A stretch of 64,000 nucleotides of DNA from Anaerolineales bacterium (GTDB taxonomy: Bacteria; Chloroflexota; Anaerolineae; Anaerolineales; E44-bin32): the NCBI GenBank assembly GCA_034430695.1, contig DAOUEE010000198.1, positions 739 through 64,738 on the forward strand. The letters run 5' to 3'. The notes below the pieces were generated by a model. It searched no databases. It was not told where the DNA came from and worked only from the letters and a program-made list of their open reading frames with translations. This document shows, in pieces, positions 49,534-58,677 of this stretch. Both the position numbers and the translations under genes were made by a program. Numbering within the stretch: position 1 is the first letter of the stretch; each line of letters starts with the position of its first letter.

Positions 49534-51003
49534 ATGCGACGAGGCGGTCCCGATTACCTACGCTGGATCTCGATTGGCTTGTTGCTGGCGGCGGTTGTTT
49601 TTTTCTTCTTCGAACTAATCGCCTTCAGCCGCCAGCGGGCACGTCTTCCGGAAGGACTTTCCGTCGGTGGTGTTCCCGTCGGTGGACTTTCCCAAATCGA
49701 AGCGGTCGAACGCATCCTGCAGACCTACAGTTCGCCTGTCGAGCTGCACTACAACGATCAGATCATTCTCGTGTCGCCTGCAAGCGTCGGGTTCCGCCTG
49801 GATACCGAAGTCATGTTGGCGGCAGCCGAATCGATGCGCACCGGCGATGATTTCTGGTCCGGCTTCATGGATTTTCTGTGGAGTCGTCCGGGGGAAGAAG
49901 CGGCGATACCCTTGCGCGCTGAGTATTCCGTTTCGCAGCTCGAATTGGTTCTGGCTGATATCGCTGCCCGATACGACGAGCCTCCGTATCTTGCCGAGCC
50001 CATTCCGGGAACGCCCAATTTCAATCCCGGAAAGCCGGGACGCGTTCTCGACATCGACCGGGCACAACGCTTGATCGGGGACATCTTGATGCTGCCCCAT
50101 TCCCGGGTCGTAAACCTGCCGGTTCTGGAGGACGTACCCCCGAGACCGACATTGGGCACGCTCGAGATCTTGATTAAACAGATCGTGGACGCCACGGATT
50201 TCACCGGCCTCACAGATTTGTTTCTGGTGAATCTACGGTCGGGTGAAGAACTGCATATCGTTTACCTGGACGGTGAAGACATCCCTGCGGAACCGGATGT
50301 TTCTTTCGGCGCAGCCTCCACTTTCAAGATCGGAATCATGACGGCATACTTCATTGAATTCGACGAACCCTTCAGTGAAGAAGCGGACGATCATATGTTT
50401 GACATGATCACACGCTCGGGCAACGAATCTTCAGATTGGCTGATGGAGCAGATTGGCGGCGACCTCGGTCCGCTCTCTATCACGGACACCCTTCAAACGT
50501 TGGGTCTGAAAAACACCTTTTCAGGCGGCTTTTATCATCCAGGAGCACCACTCCTGCGTACGTACAACACGCCTGCAAACCAGCGCACGGACATCAACAC
50601 CCGACCGGATATATACACGCAGACCACCCCGTCCGACATCGGGATGTTGTTGATGGACATCTATCATTGTGAGAACGGCGGCGGTGCGCTGCTCGCCGTC
50701 TACCCCGATCGAGTTACGCCGCAGGAATGCTCCCATATGATCGATCTGCTCGCTCAAAACAAAATCGGGAGTTTGATCGAAGCGGGTGTACCGGACGGCA
50801 CTCGGGTGGCACACAAGCACGGCTGGCCGAGCTCGCCTTTCGACATGATCGGAGATGCCGGCATCGTCTACACACCGGGCGGGGATTACGTGTTTTCATT
50901 GTTCTTGTTTCAGGATCAGGAAATGTTTTGGGACCCGACGTCGAAGATGTTCGCCGATATCTCCCGCGCCGTGTACAATTATTTCAATCCCCCCGTCGAG
51001 TGA
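49534..51003 (+). CDS. Membrane-anchored serine hydrolase (class A beta-lactamase/PBP-like) with a PG-binding (VanW/YoaR-like) N-domain
   Basis: N-terminal TM, VGGVPVGGLSQIEA, AASTFK (SxxK), SGN, HKHG. Extended -10 TGATATACT at 49507 and SD GGAGG. Confidence 0.82.
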   Translation: MRRGGPDYLRWISIGLLLAAVVFFFFELIAFSRQRARLPEGLSVGGVPVGGLSQIEAVERILQTYSSPVELHYNDQIILVSPASVGFRLDTEVMLAAAESMRTGDDFWSGFMDFLWSRPGEEAAIPLRAEYSVSQLELVLADIAARYDEPPYLAEPIPGTPNFNPGKPGRVLDIDRAQRLIGDILMLPHSRVVNLPVLEDVPPRPTLGTLEILIKQIVDATDFTGLTDLFLVNLRSGEELHIVYLDGEDIPAEPDVSFGAASTFKIGIMTAYFIEFDEPFSEEADDHMFDMITRSGNESSDWLMEQIGGDLGPLSITDTLQTLGLKNTFSGGFYHPGAPLLRTYNTPANQRTDINTRPDIYTQTTPSDIGMLLMDIYHCENGGGALLAVYPDRVTPQECSHMIDLLAQNKIGSLIEAGVPDGTRVAHKHGWPSSPFDMIGDAGIVYTPGGDYVFSLFLFQDQEMFWDPTSKMFADISRAVYNYFNPPVE

Positions 51004-51049
51004 GCATCAGCAATAAACAACTGTCTCATCCCGGTATAATTTGGCCTAA

Positions 51050-51080
51050 AAATAACTAGGGCGCAGAAGTCTCTGCGCCC
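51050..51080 (-). terminator. Intrinsic (probably bidirectional) terminator
   Basis: GGGCGCAGA-agtc-TCTGCGCCC followed on the minus strand by TAGTTATTTTT. Confidence 0.75.
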
Positions 51081-51140
51081 CGATATGTTAAATTGTTAGT
51101 CTTGAAATTTCCTACACGTTATCTTTCTACCGATATGGAT

Positions 51141-51344
51141 TTAATATTCATCCTCTCTTTCGTAGTCGTAATCATCGTCGTATTCGAGCTCCTCGTCATC
51201 GAAGGCCCAATCCAATTCCAACGGTGAAACGCCAACGACCATCAAATATGCTCCGCATTGTGGACAACTGACTTGCTGTCCTTCACTGGGGTCTCGTCCA
51301 ACCGTGATCTTTGCATCACATTCTGGACAAAATGCGTGTGTCAT
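51141..51344 (-). CDS. LysW-like zinc-ribbon protein with a non-canonical acidic tail (67 aa)
   Basis: CPECDAKI...GQQVSCPQCGAYLMVVGVSPLELD matches the LysW core; tail WAFDDEELEYDDDYDYEREDEY instead of EDWGE. SD AGGAGG. Confidence 0.85.
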   Translation of the reverse strand: MTHAFCPECDAKITVGRDPSEGQQVSCPQCGAYLMVVGVSPLELDWAFDDEELEYDDDYDYEREDEY

Positions 51345-51378
51345 GGAGAACCTCCTGACAAAAATGCGTTTCGCCAGC

Positions 51379-51421
51379 ATCATACGCATAAGGTGTAGAA
51401 ATTGTGTCTAACTCGTGTGAA
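51379..51421 (-). promoter_or_regulatory. Triple 11-bp-period direct repeat replacing -35, plus -10 TATGAT
   Basis: Minus strand TTCACAC-gagt-TAGACAC-aatt-TCTACAC, 8 nt, TATGAT, upstream of the LysW-like gene. Confidence 0.6.
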
Positions 51422-51461
51422 AAATCCGTATAAAATGGGCATAATATATATCAAAATGATA

Positions 51462-52148
51462 TTAATGGGTGCCGATATCGAAGAGATAGCCCATGCCGGG
51501 AATGGTATGTATGAATTCGGGCGACGAGGGATCGCGCTCGATTTTCGCACGTACTCGGCTGACGAGGCCGCGAACCAATTCGCGGTTCCCTTTTTCGCTG
51601 TACCCCCACACCCGCTCGACGAGGACGTCGGTCGGGATTGCTAATCCTCGATTGGTCATGAGGACGTAGAGTAGTTGGAATTCCAACTGTGTGAGCCGCT
51701 GTGCTTCCTTTCCATGCACCCGAACGCTGCGTGTAGAAGGATTGAGGGCGATCGTTTCCAGGTCCAACATCGGTGTGGCCAGCAAGGGTGCCACACGTGC
51801 TCTGCGAAGCAGTGCGTGGGTATAGGCGGTCAACAAGCGAGGATGGATCGGCATGGGCAAAGCGAGGTCGGCGCCGGCCGTGAGTAGGTCCACGGTTTGT
51901 GTGTTGGATAGCGTTTCTGCGATTACGATAATGGGGACCTCACTCACGCCGCGAATGGATTTTAAATCGCGGATCGTGCGTTCGATACCCGTGCTGACGA
52001 TCACCAACAGCGCCGCCGGCGCTTCCATCCAGTTGCCAATCACTTCTTTGGCTTCTGTCTTCTGTACGATTTTCGTCCCCACCTGGCGCAGGATGAAGGC
52101 GATCATGTCTCGTTCCTGTGCGTCTTGACTGATAACAATCGTTTCCAT
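51462..52148 (-). CDS. OmpR-family regulator with an atypical (non-phosphorylatable-looking) receiver
   Basis: wHTH LTQLEFQLLYVLM...LVERVWG...VSRVRAKIE...IHTIPGMGY. Receiver reads VISQD, LLVIVS and LALPMP, lacking the acidic pair, phospho-Asp and Lys. Confidence 0.88.
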   Translation of the reverse strand: METIVISQDAQERDMIAFILRQVGTKIVQKTEAKEVIGNWMEAPAALLVIVSTGIERTIRDLKSIRGVSEVPIIVIAETLSNTQTVDLLTAGADLALPMPIHPRLLTAYTHALLRRARVAPLLATPMLDLETIALNPSTRSVRVHGKEAQRLTQLEFQLLYVLMTNRGLAIPTDVLVERVWGYSEKGNRELVRGLVSRVRAKIERDPSSPEFIHTIPGMGYLFDIGTH

Positions 52149-52186
52149 CGACTTGTACTCTTCTTAGCGCCTACTCGGCCAAGGCA

Positions 52187-52837
52187 CTAAATCAAACTCA
52201 GCGCGTTGACCAGATATCGAACGCCCAGGTAGGTCATATAGCCGCCGGTGATCATGATCAAAAACCGGTATGCCCGCTCGCTGAACCAGCGTTGGCCGCT
52301 GCTCGTTGCCGTGGCGAGTGCTGTATCCCAGGCGAAATCTGCACTGATGTGGCCCACGTAAAACGCAGCGACTGCTGCCGCACTGATCGCTTTCGCTTGG
52401 GTGAGGTACCCCGCTGCAACGGTGACCCACCAAATGTACCAGAATGGATTGGCCAGCGTCGTCATTATTCCCAGGGCGACGAGAGCCCGGGCCGATCCCG
52501 TCGAATGGGTTCGACCGGGCTGCGGAAACTGCACATCTTTCTTCCACACGGTGAGAATGTAACTGCTTCCGATCCAGAACAAGATCAAACTTCCGCCGAT
52601 CGAAATCGCCACAAGCGCCATCGTGGTTTGCATCACAACGGTAAGCCCGAAGCAGATCAGAATAAGAATTGCGAGTTCCAAAGCGGAGTGTCCGAAGGCG
52701 ATGAGCGGCCCTGAGCGCCAACCTTTGCGGGGCGCCTCACTCAGAATCGCTGCCGTTACCGGGCCGGGGGAGATCACCGCGGCGAAGGATACGAGCAGGG
52801 AGAATTGAAAAATGGAAAAGACGTCGTCTGCGGCCAT
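52187..52837 (-). CDS. LysE-family exporter
   Basis: AVISPGP, GPLIAFGH, TTLANP; hydrophobic. Confidence 0.85.
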   Translation of the reverse strand: MAADDVFSIFQFSLLVSFAAVISPGPVTAAILSEAPRKGWRSGPLIAFGHSALELAILILICFGLTVVMQTTMALVAISIGGSLILFWIGSSYILTVWKKDVQFPQPGRTHSTGSARALVALGIMTTLANPFWYIWWVTVAAGYLTQAKAISAAAVAAFYVGHISADFAWDTALATATSSGQRWFSERAYRFLIMITGGYMTYLGVRYLVNALSLI

Positions 52838-52899
52838 GATCGACTGCTGGATATGCGCGATGATCTATTGTAGTCGAAATTCAGCCCGAAATGGAGAAT

Positions 52900-53844
52900 C
52901 TACGAATTTTCCTTGATAAAGCGCGTGAGGTCCGGAAAAATCAGCTTATCGAGACTGTCATTTCCCAACGCGGCGTGATTGACGACTTCAAAATTGCGGT
53001 GAACTTCACGCAGCGCACGCACTTGCCAGGCGGGAGGCGATTGCGAGAAGACGCCGAGACAAACCGTTCTTTTACCGGGGATGAGCAGCAATGTCGAACC
53101 ATCATCGATTTGCGTGGCGAACATACGCGATGTCTTTCCTTCTTCTTCGGCGGAACCGAAAGTTCCCAACAATCCCATCGCGTCTTCGGCAGGTTCGGGC
53201 ATGTCCCCTTCGACAAATATTCGTTCTCGGGAATTGATCTTGTACAGTCCCACTGAGTGGCAGGTGGCCTCGTTGAGCTGCATCAGGTAGCTGGTCTTCC
53301 CCTCTTCCAGCACAACCCGCCAACGGTCGCTTTCCGGATGCATTTTACTCATGCGCAGCGCCACTTCACGCTGCTGCATGTAATGACGCCGCACCGCCCG
53401 GTATTGGGATGCGTTAATTCTGCCCTGTTGATAATCTTGTTCAAGCCGGTTGATTTTTTGTTCGAGTGCGGCGAGGCGCTGCTTTAGATCCTGCGGTAAA
53501 TCATCATCGGCGGGTGCGTCTTCTTCGATCGCAGGTTCGCTGATCGGATCCGTTGTGACGACGTCTGGAGGTAAGGGGTGGATTGTGGAAGGTTCTTCGT
53601 CTATGAAGGGCGCCGCTTCTTCGCCTTCCATCTTGGAGACGCGTTGTTCCCATTCACGAAGGAGTTCCCGGGCGGCTCTCAGTTGTCCTTCGCTGATCGA
53701 CCCGTCGCAGAATGCGATCGCCGCGGAGAGGAATTTCTCTCGCGCACGCTCGAGCCAATCCAACGCGTCTTGGTATTCTGCGTTTTCTCCCCCCGAAGCG
53801 GCTCGTTTCGCTTTCTTTTCGGTCTTCTGCGCCTTTTCCGTCAT
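52900..53844 (-). CDS. Hypothetical protein: two SHOCT-like helical motifs, acidic Pro linker, alpha/beta C-terminal domain
   Basis: AFCDGSISEGQL and DYQQGRINASQY repeats; C-terminal beta-beta-alpha-beta-beta-beta-alpha pattern. Start uncertain (53844 or 53883). Confidence 0.7.
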   Translation of the reverse strand: MTEKAQKTEKKAKRAASGGENAEYQDALDWLERAREKFLSAAIAFCDGSISEGQLRAARELLREWEQRVSKMEGEEAAPFIDEEPSTIHPLPPDVVTTDPISEPAIEEDAPADDDLPQDLKQRLAALEQKINRLEQDYQQGRINASQYRAVRRHYMQQREVALRMSKMHPESDRWRVVLEEGKTSYLMQLNEATCHSVGLYKINSRERIFVEGDMPEPAEDAMGLLGTFGSAEEEGKTSRMFATQIDDGSTLLLIPGKRTVCLGVFSQSPPAWQVRALREVHRNFEVVNHAALGNDSLDKLIFPDLTRFIKENS

Positions 53845-54064
53845 GGCGCTTATAATGGTATCCGAAGCGCCTCCCATACGCAACCATCATAGCATTTGGG
53901 TGGTGAAATGTGTCAGAGGACGGTTGTACCATGACCGAAAGTAGCTCTATGACGGAAGGTCAGGGATGCGGTATACTCAACGCTGGCATTTTACACGGTT
54001 GTCGATTTTTTTTGTCTATCCAGCAGAAATTGCGAGACGAAAAACGGATCGGAGGGAGTGGTTG

Positions 54065-54577
54065 ATGATGTCGCGGAAAGTGTTCCTGGGGATCCTCGTC
54101 CTATTGACGAGCCTTACTGGGGCGTGCACAGGAATCGGCGCAGGGACAGCGACTCGTTCGGCTGAGGACGTGCTTGCTACGGCGGAAACTCTCGCTGATC
54201 TCACGCGTGCAGCAACCGTTCAGACTCTGCCGCCGACTCCCGAGCCTCCTACCGCGACGGCGACACCTCCTGGGCCTACGGCAACACCTACCGCAACGGA
54301 GGGTCCTCCTGTCGTGGAAGCTGACTACAACGCTTACGTGCGGGAAGGGCCCGATGAATCGTTTGCGTTCGTCGACTATTTCCTCGAGGGACAACAAGGC
54401 GAAGTGATCGGCCGCTTTGAAAATACGGAATACAATCCGCCGACCTGGTGGTACATCCGGCGCATCGATCAGGGCAAGGACGGCTGGGTATGGAGTGGCG
54501 CCGTCACGTTCTACGGCGAGGAAAGCGGAGTTCCGGTGATCAGCGTGGATTTTACCCCGAGCCCGGAAAGTCAATAA
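54065..54577 (+). CDS. SH3-domain lipoprotein with a Thr/Pro linker
   Basis: Lipobox LTGA-C; PPTPEPPTATATPPGPTATPT; AYVREGPDESF...WWYI...DGWVWSGAV. Confidence 0.8.
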   Translation: MMSRKVFLGILVLLTSLTGACTGIGAGTATRSAEDVLATAETLADLTRAATVQTLPPTPEPPTATATPPGPTATPTATEGPPVVEADYNAYVREGPDESFAFVDYFLEGQQGEVIGRFENTEYNPPTWWYIRRIDQGKDGWVWSGAVTFYGEESGVPVISVDFTPSPESQ

Positions 54578-54624
54578 TCCATAGCGGACTTCATTCCGCA
54601 ACTCCGGTTTAGGGTGAAAATTAG

Positions 54625-54657
54625 ACGGGACGGCGATCCGCCGTCCCGTTTCCGTTT
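54625..54657. terminator. Terminator between convergent genes
   Basis: ACGGGACGGCG-atc-CGCCGTCCCGT followed by TTCCGTTT. Confidence 0.75.
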
Positions 54658-55187
54658 CAGTCGGACAACAACGGAAAGAGGTAGGTGAGACCGAGTGCCA
54701 CCCACGCTGCGACGGCCCAGTAAGCGATGTATTCGAAGAATGAAAACAAGATCACGGGAAAAGGTTGCAATCCTTGAAGAAAGGGGACTTTCTCCAGTAC
54801 GTGCAGTCCATAGACGGCAAGTACATGTTCGGCAACCCCTTCCAATCCACCGAGGACACAGAAAACGAGAACCGCTTGATCTTCAAGGACGAGAGCAAGC
54901 TGCCACATTCCCCATCCGATTGCGGCGTAGAGCAGCACGTTTGAAAGACGGATCGAACGCATCCAATCCGGGTAGATGTAGTGATAATAGATATCCCAGT
55001 AGCGTCCCATCAGGATCAGGGACATGAGGCCCCAAAGGGTGGCTGAACCGAGGGCGGTGGATCTGGCCGCGTTCATGAAGCGCTCATTCGAAAAGAAAGA
55101 CACAAGCGGGAGCGTAAGGAGAATTCCGATGACGCCGAAGATCAGCGTGCTCAGCCAGACATCTCGATCTGTTAATTTCAGATTCAT
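54657..55187 (-). CDS. Hypothetical integral membrane protein
   Basis: About five hydrophobic helices; last gene of the ubiA-mvk-ipk run. Confidence 0.7.
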   Translation of the reverse strand: MNLKLTDRDVWLSTLIFGVIGILLTLPLVSFFSNERFMNAARSTALGSATLWGLMSLILMGRYWDIYYHYIYPDWMRSIRLSNVLLYAAIGWGMWQLALVLEDQAVLVFCVLGGLEGVAEHVLAVYGLHVLEKVPFLQGLQPFPVILFSFFEYIAYWAVAAWVALGLTYLFPLLSD

Positions 55188-55233
55188 CAGTAGATTCGTT
55201 TCAATCGATCGATAAGCAGAGGGCCGTACAACG

Positions 55234-56019
55234 CTACTTCGACTTCACGAGTGTGCCTGGTTTTGCCCCCAAGAGCGCATCCTCGATCGACCCGGGTGTC
55301 TCAGCCGAAAATATTCGCACTTCAATTTGTGGGCTCAGACTGGCGATGGCCAACGCTGCTTCCACTTTCCCGCGCATGCCGCCGGTTACGTCGGTTGCCT
55401 GCGTAATTTCCATGCCGATCTTGCTCAGGTCTTTTGCTGTTACCGAAGACAAGATCTTCTTCGACTTCGGGAAATCGGCATATACGCCGGATTCGATACC
55501 TGCGATGAGAACGCGCGATGGGTGTAGATGCTGCGCCAGATAAGAAAAGACGGTCTCCGTGGAAACGATCGCCGCGCCTCGTTCGCGATCGAAGGCGACG
55601 TCGCCATAAATGATTGGCAGTAAGCCCGCTTCGACTGCCTGTGCGATGGGCTGGTGGGCCATTTCCTTTATCTCCCCGGCAGCGCTGATAACGCTTGCAG
55701 AAGGAGGAAAAGCCAGTGCAGGCAGCTTTTCGTTCAGGAAAGCATCGACTACGAAACGGTTCAGACGTTGAGCCGCCGCCCATACTTCGGCAAAACCCAG
55801 CCATTCAGCGGGTGTCGAAGCGCCGCGATTCGTGGCGTATCGCGCTGCTGCTACGTGTCCGAACGATCCTGACCCGTGGCCTATAAGAAGACGCAGGTTG
55901 GGAATTTTCTGCCGCGCTCGGGCGATTTCCATCGCCGTGCGTTCCAGGATGAGGTACCTGACCGTCTGCGCTTGGTCTTTTTCCGTGATCAACGAGCCAC
56001 CCAATTTGAGGAAGATCAT
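55234..56019 (-). CDS. ipk: Isopentenyl phosphate kinase (amino-acid-kinase fold)
   Basis: LKLGGSLIT, GHGSGSFGH with the IPK signature His, YGDV, DVTGGMRGK. Downstream of mvk. Confidence 0.9.
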   Translation of the reverse strand: MIFLKLGGSLITEKDQAQTVRYLILERTAMEIARARQKIPNLRLLIGHGSGSFGHVAAARYATNRGASTPAEWLGFAEVWAAAQRLNRFVVDAFLNEKLPALAFPPSASVISAAGEIKEMAHQPIAQAVEAGLLPIIYGDVAFDRERGAAIVSTETVFSYLAQHLHPSRVLIAGIESGVYADFPKSKKILSSVTAKDLSKIGMEITQATDVTGGMRGKVEAALAIASLSPQIEVRIFSAETPGSIEDALLGAKPGTLVKSK

Positions 56020-56021
56020 GG

Positions 56022-56954
56022 TTATACCTTCGTCATCCGTGTCCAAACCGCTCCGGCGGCGTGTAAGGCTTCTGCGACGGCCTCGCCGGCGGCAGGTCGG
56101 ATGAGTACAACGATGATACCACCAACACCGGCTCCAGATAACTTCGCGCCACAGGCGCCGCGATCTCGTGCCGTAGAAAGCAGTTTTTCGATCGTCTTGG
56201 AGCTGACGCTCAAAGCTTCTAATTTTTCCTGATTCTGGTCCATCAGCCTGCCCAATGCAGAAACGTCCCCATTCGCGATTGCTGACCGGGCGCTTTGGGT
56301 GATTTGACCGATCTCTTGAAAGATTGCGTCAAACGACGTCCGATCCCGTTTCCAGGCCTGTCGTACGCTGGCGACGATCTCACCGGTATTCGAGGGCAGA
56401 CCTGTATCGGCAAGGATGAAGCTGAATTCTGCTCCGATCGAAAGTCGTTCCGGCTGGCGCCCGCGGATGAAATATATCGGCTGGTCATAAACGATGACCG
56501 TGTTGTCGATTCCCGAAGGCGTGCCGTGGTGGATTTTTTCCACTTCGTAAACCAACTCCGATTGGCGTGACAGCTCGAGTGGGTGATCGAAATGCCGGCA
56601 GAGCGCGCGCAAGACCGCCGTCGAGACTGCGGCGCCCGAGCCGAGCCCGGAAGCGACGGGAATCTGCGCTGAGATGCGTATTTCGATCGCCGGAAATGAA
56701 CGAACGTGGAGTTCTTCCAGCGCCAACTGGGTGATTTTACGCAGCGGGTTACGCCTGTCGGCTTCGTGTAGCCACATATCGAAATCGATATCCGGGGCGA
56801 TGAGGTGGACACGGCCTTGTGGTTGATCCGGCAGCTGGCGTATCTGCGCGTTGGCGCGCATTTGACGCAAAGGGAATGCAATCGCCGGTTGTCCGTAGAC
56901 GACCGCATGTTCTCCAAAAAGAATGAATTTACCTGAAGCGCTTGCCCGCGTCAT
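56022..56954 (-). CDS. mvk: Mevalonate kinase (GHMP)
   Basis: GKFILFGEHAVVYGQPAIA, PVASGLGSGAA, HGTPSGIDN, GAKLSGAGVGG. Confidence 0.93.
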   Translation of the reverse strand: MTRASASGKFILFGEHAVVYGQPAIAFPLRQMRANAQIRQLPDQPQGRVHLIAPDIDFDMWLHEADRRNPLRKITQLALEELHVRSFPAIEIRISAQIPVASGLGSGAAVSTAVLRALCRHFDHPLELSRQSELVYEVEKIHHGTPSGIDNTVIVYDQPIYFIRGRQPERLSIGAEFSFILADTGLPSNTGEIVASVRQAWKRDRTSFDAIFQEIGQITQSARSAIANGDVSALGRLMDQNQEKLEALSVSSKTIEKLLSTARDRGACGAKLSGAGVGGIIVVLIRPAAGEAVAEALHAAGAVWTRMTKV

Positions 56955-57823
56955 GATCCCAGATAGAGAATTCCTGCGGATGAAATTCCCCAGAGGACGA
57001 TTGTCGCCAGGAGGGGCCAATCGGAAAAAACGAGTTCTTCCGGTGCACCGCCGGCGTCTTCGATGTTGACCAGATAGAGATAGCGGAACACTCCGTAGAT
57101 GACGAAGGGGATAGTCAACATCATGAGGTGGTTGGTGGGGAGATTTTCGGCCGAGAACGTATAGAGCGAATAGGCGATGATCGTAGTGCTTGAAACGATG
57201 ATGATCAATTGGTCGAGAAAGGTTACGGTGTAGCGGTCAAAAACCCGCCGATGGGAGTTCGCGCCCTCGGCCAGCATGACCAGTTCCGAGCGGCGTTTGC
57301 CCAGTCCGATGAAAAGAGCCAGCAGGCTGGTGCAGACGTAAAGCCACGGGGAGAAACGTTCGGTAGTGATCAAAGCCACACCGGCACCGACTCGCAGCAC
57401 GAAACCCGAGGCGAGCACGAGTACATCGATGATGGGTACGTGTTTTAGCCAAAAAGAATAGAAGAAATTCATGATCAAATAGATCGAGATGACGATCCCG
57501 AAAGATATGTCGAGCGCGAAGCCCCCACCGAGCGCCACGACGAGGAGAATGGCGGCGGTAATTCGGCCAGCAGTCAACGAGAGCTGACCCGAGGCGAGCG
57601 GTCGATAGCGTTTCGTTGGATGAAGGCGATCCTGCTCCAGATCCGCGAGATCGTTGATGAAATATACTGCGCCGGCGCCAACACTGAGCAGGAAAAAGCC
57701 GGCGATGGTCGTCAGGAGCGGTTCTAGGTCGAAAATCTGCTTGTCAAAAATGAGTGCGGCGAAGATGAAACCGTTTTTCGGCCATTGTCTTGGGCGCATT
57801 GTTTTCAGGATGGATTTAATCAT
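56951..57823 (-). CDS. ubiA: UbiA-family polyprenyl-phosphate phosphoribosyltransferase (DPPR synthase-like)
   Basis: MRPRQWPKN, YFINDLADLEQDRLHPTKRYRP, YSFWLKH, GKRRSE. ATGA overlap with mvk; extended -10 TGCTATCAT 7 nt before the ATG. Confidence 0.88.
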   Translation of the reverse strand: MIKSILKTMRPRQWPKNGFIFAALIFDKQIFDLEPLLTTIAGFFLLSVGAGAVYFINDLADLEQDRLHPTKRYRPLASGQLSLTAGRITAAILLVVALGGGFALDISFGIVISIYLIMNFFYSFWLKHVPIIDVLVLASGFVLRVGAGVALITTERFSPWLYVCTSLLALFIGLGKRRSELVMLAEGANSHRRVFDRYTVTFLDQLIIIVSSTTIIAYSLYTFSAENLPTNHLMMLTIPFVIYGVFRYLYLVNIEDAGGAPEELVFSDWPLLATIVLWGISSAGILYLGS

Positions 57824-57900
57824 GGCTGCGATGATAGCAGGAACCAAATGCACAAGCAAGTAATTGCGAAGATGAATGATAACTTGTGTACAATCTGGAT

Positions 57901-58677
57901 ATGAGCAGGCAGGACCGCATCGATGTCATCCTGGCGCAAAAAGGCCTGGCCGAGAGTCGATCCCAAGCGCAACGATTGATCATGGCCGGCCAGGTTCGCG
58001 TCGACGGGCAACTGATCCACAAGCCGTCGCGGCGTGTGGCCTACGACGCGCAGATCGAGATCGAATCGCTGCCGCGATTCGTCTCACGAGGTGGGGAGAA
58101 GTTGGCGGCGGCCTTGGAGCGCTTTCCGATCGACGTCGTCGACAAGGTCTGCGCCGACGTTGGCGCTTCGACGGGCGGATTTACGGACTGTTTGTTGCAA
58201 AACGGCGCTGCGCGGGTATATGCCATCGATGTCGGCAAAGGCTTACTTCATTGGCGCGTGCGAAGGGATTCCCGCGTCGTGGTCATGGAAAAAACCAACG
58301 CGCGTAATTTGAAATCGCTCCCCGAACCCGTTGGTTTGGCGACGATCGATGCTTCCTTCATTTCCTTGCGTACCTTGCTGCCCGTAGTCTGCGGCTGGCT
58401 TGAGCCACGGGCGGATGTAATCGCCCTCATCAAGCCGCAGTTTGAAGCGGGGAAGAAAGCCGTTGGCAAACGCGGGGTCGTGCGTGATGCGGCGATCCAT
58501 CGTCGAGTCGTCGAGGACCTGATTGCTTCCGCATCCGAACTTGGATTGGCACCGCTCGGCGTGATGCAATCTCCGCTGCGGGGTCCCAAGGGCAACGTCG
58601 AATTTCTCTTCTGGTGCAGAAATGATACTCGCTCGGGGGAATTCGATTTAGCGGCGGACCTCTTTCAAAACGATTGA
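57901..58677 (+). CDS. tlyA: TlyA-family rRNA methyltransferase (S4 plus FtsJ)
   Basis: RIDVIL...SRSQAQRLI, VSRGGEKL, DVGASTGGFT, DASFISL, IKPQFE, GNVEF. ATG 6 nt after TACAAT. Confidence 0.93.
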   Translation: MSRQDRIDVILAQKGLAESRSQAQRLIMAGQVRVDGQLIHKPSRRVAYDAQIEIESLPRFVSRGGEKLAAALERFPIDVVDKVCADVGASTGGFTDCLLQNGAARVYAIDVGKGLLHWRVRRDSRVVVMEKTNARNLKSLPEPVGLATIDASFISLRTLLPVVCGWLEPRADVIALIKPQFEAGKKAVGKRGVVRDAAIHRRVVEDLIASASELGLAPLGVMQSPLRGPKGNVEFLFWCRNDTRSGEFDLAADLFQND

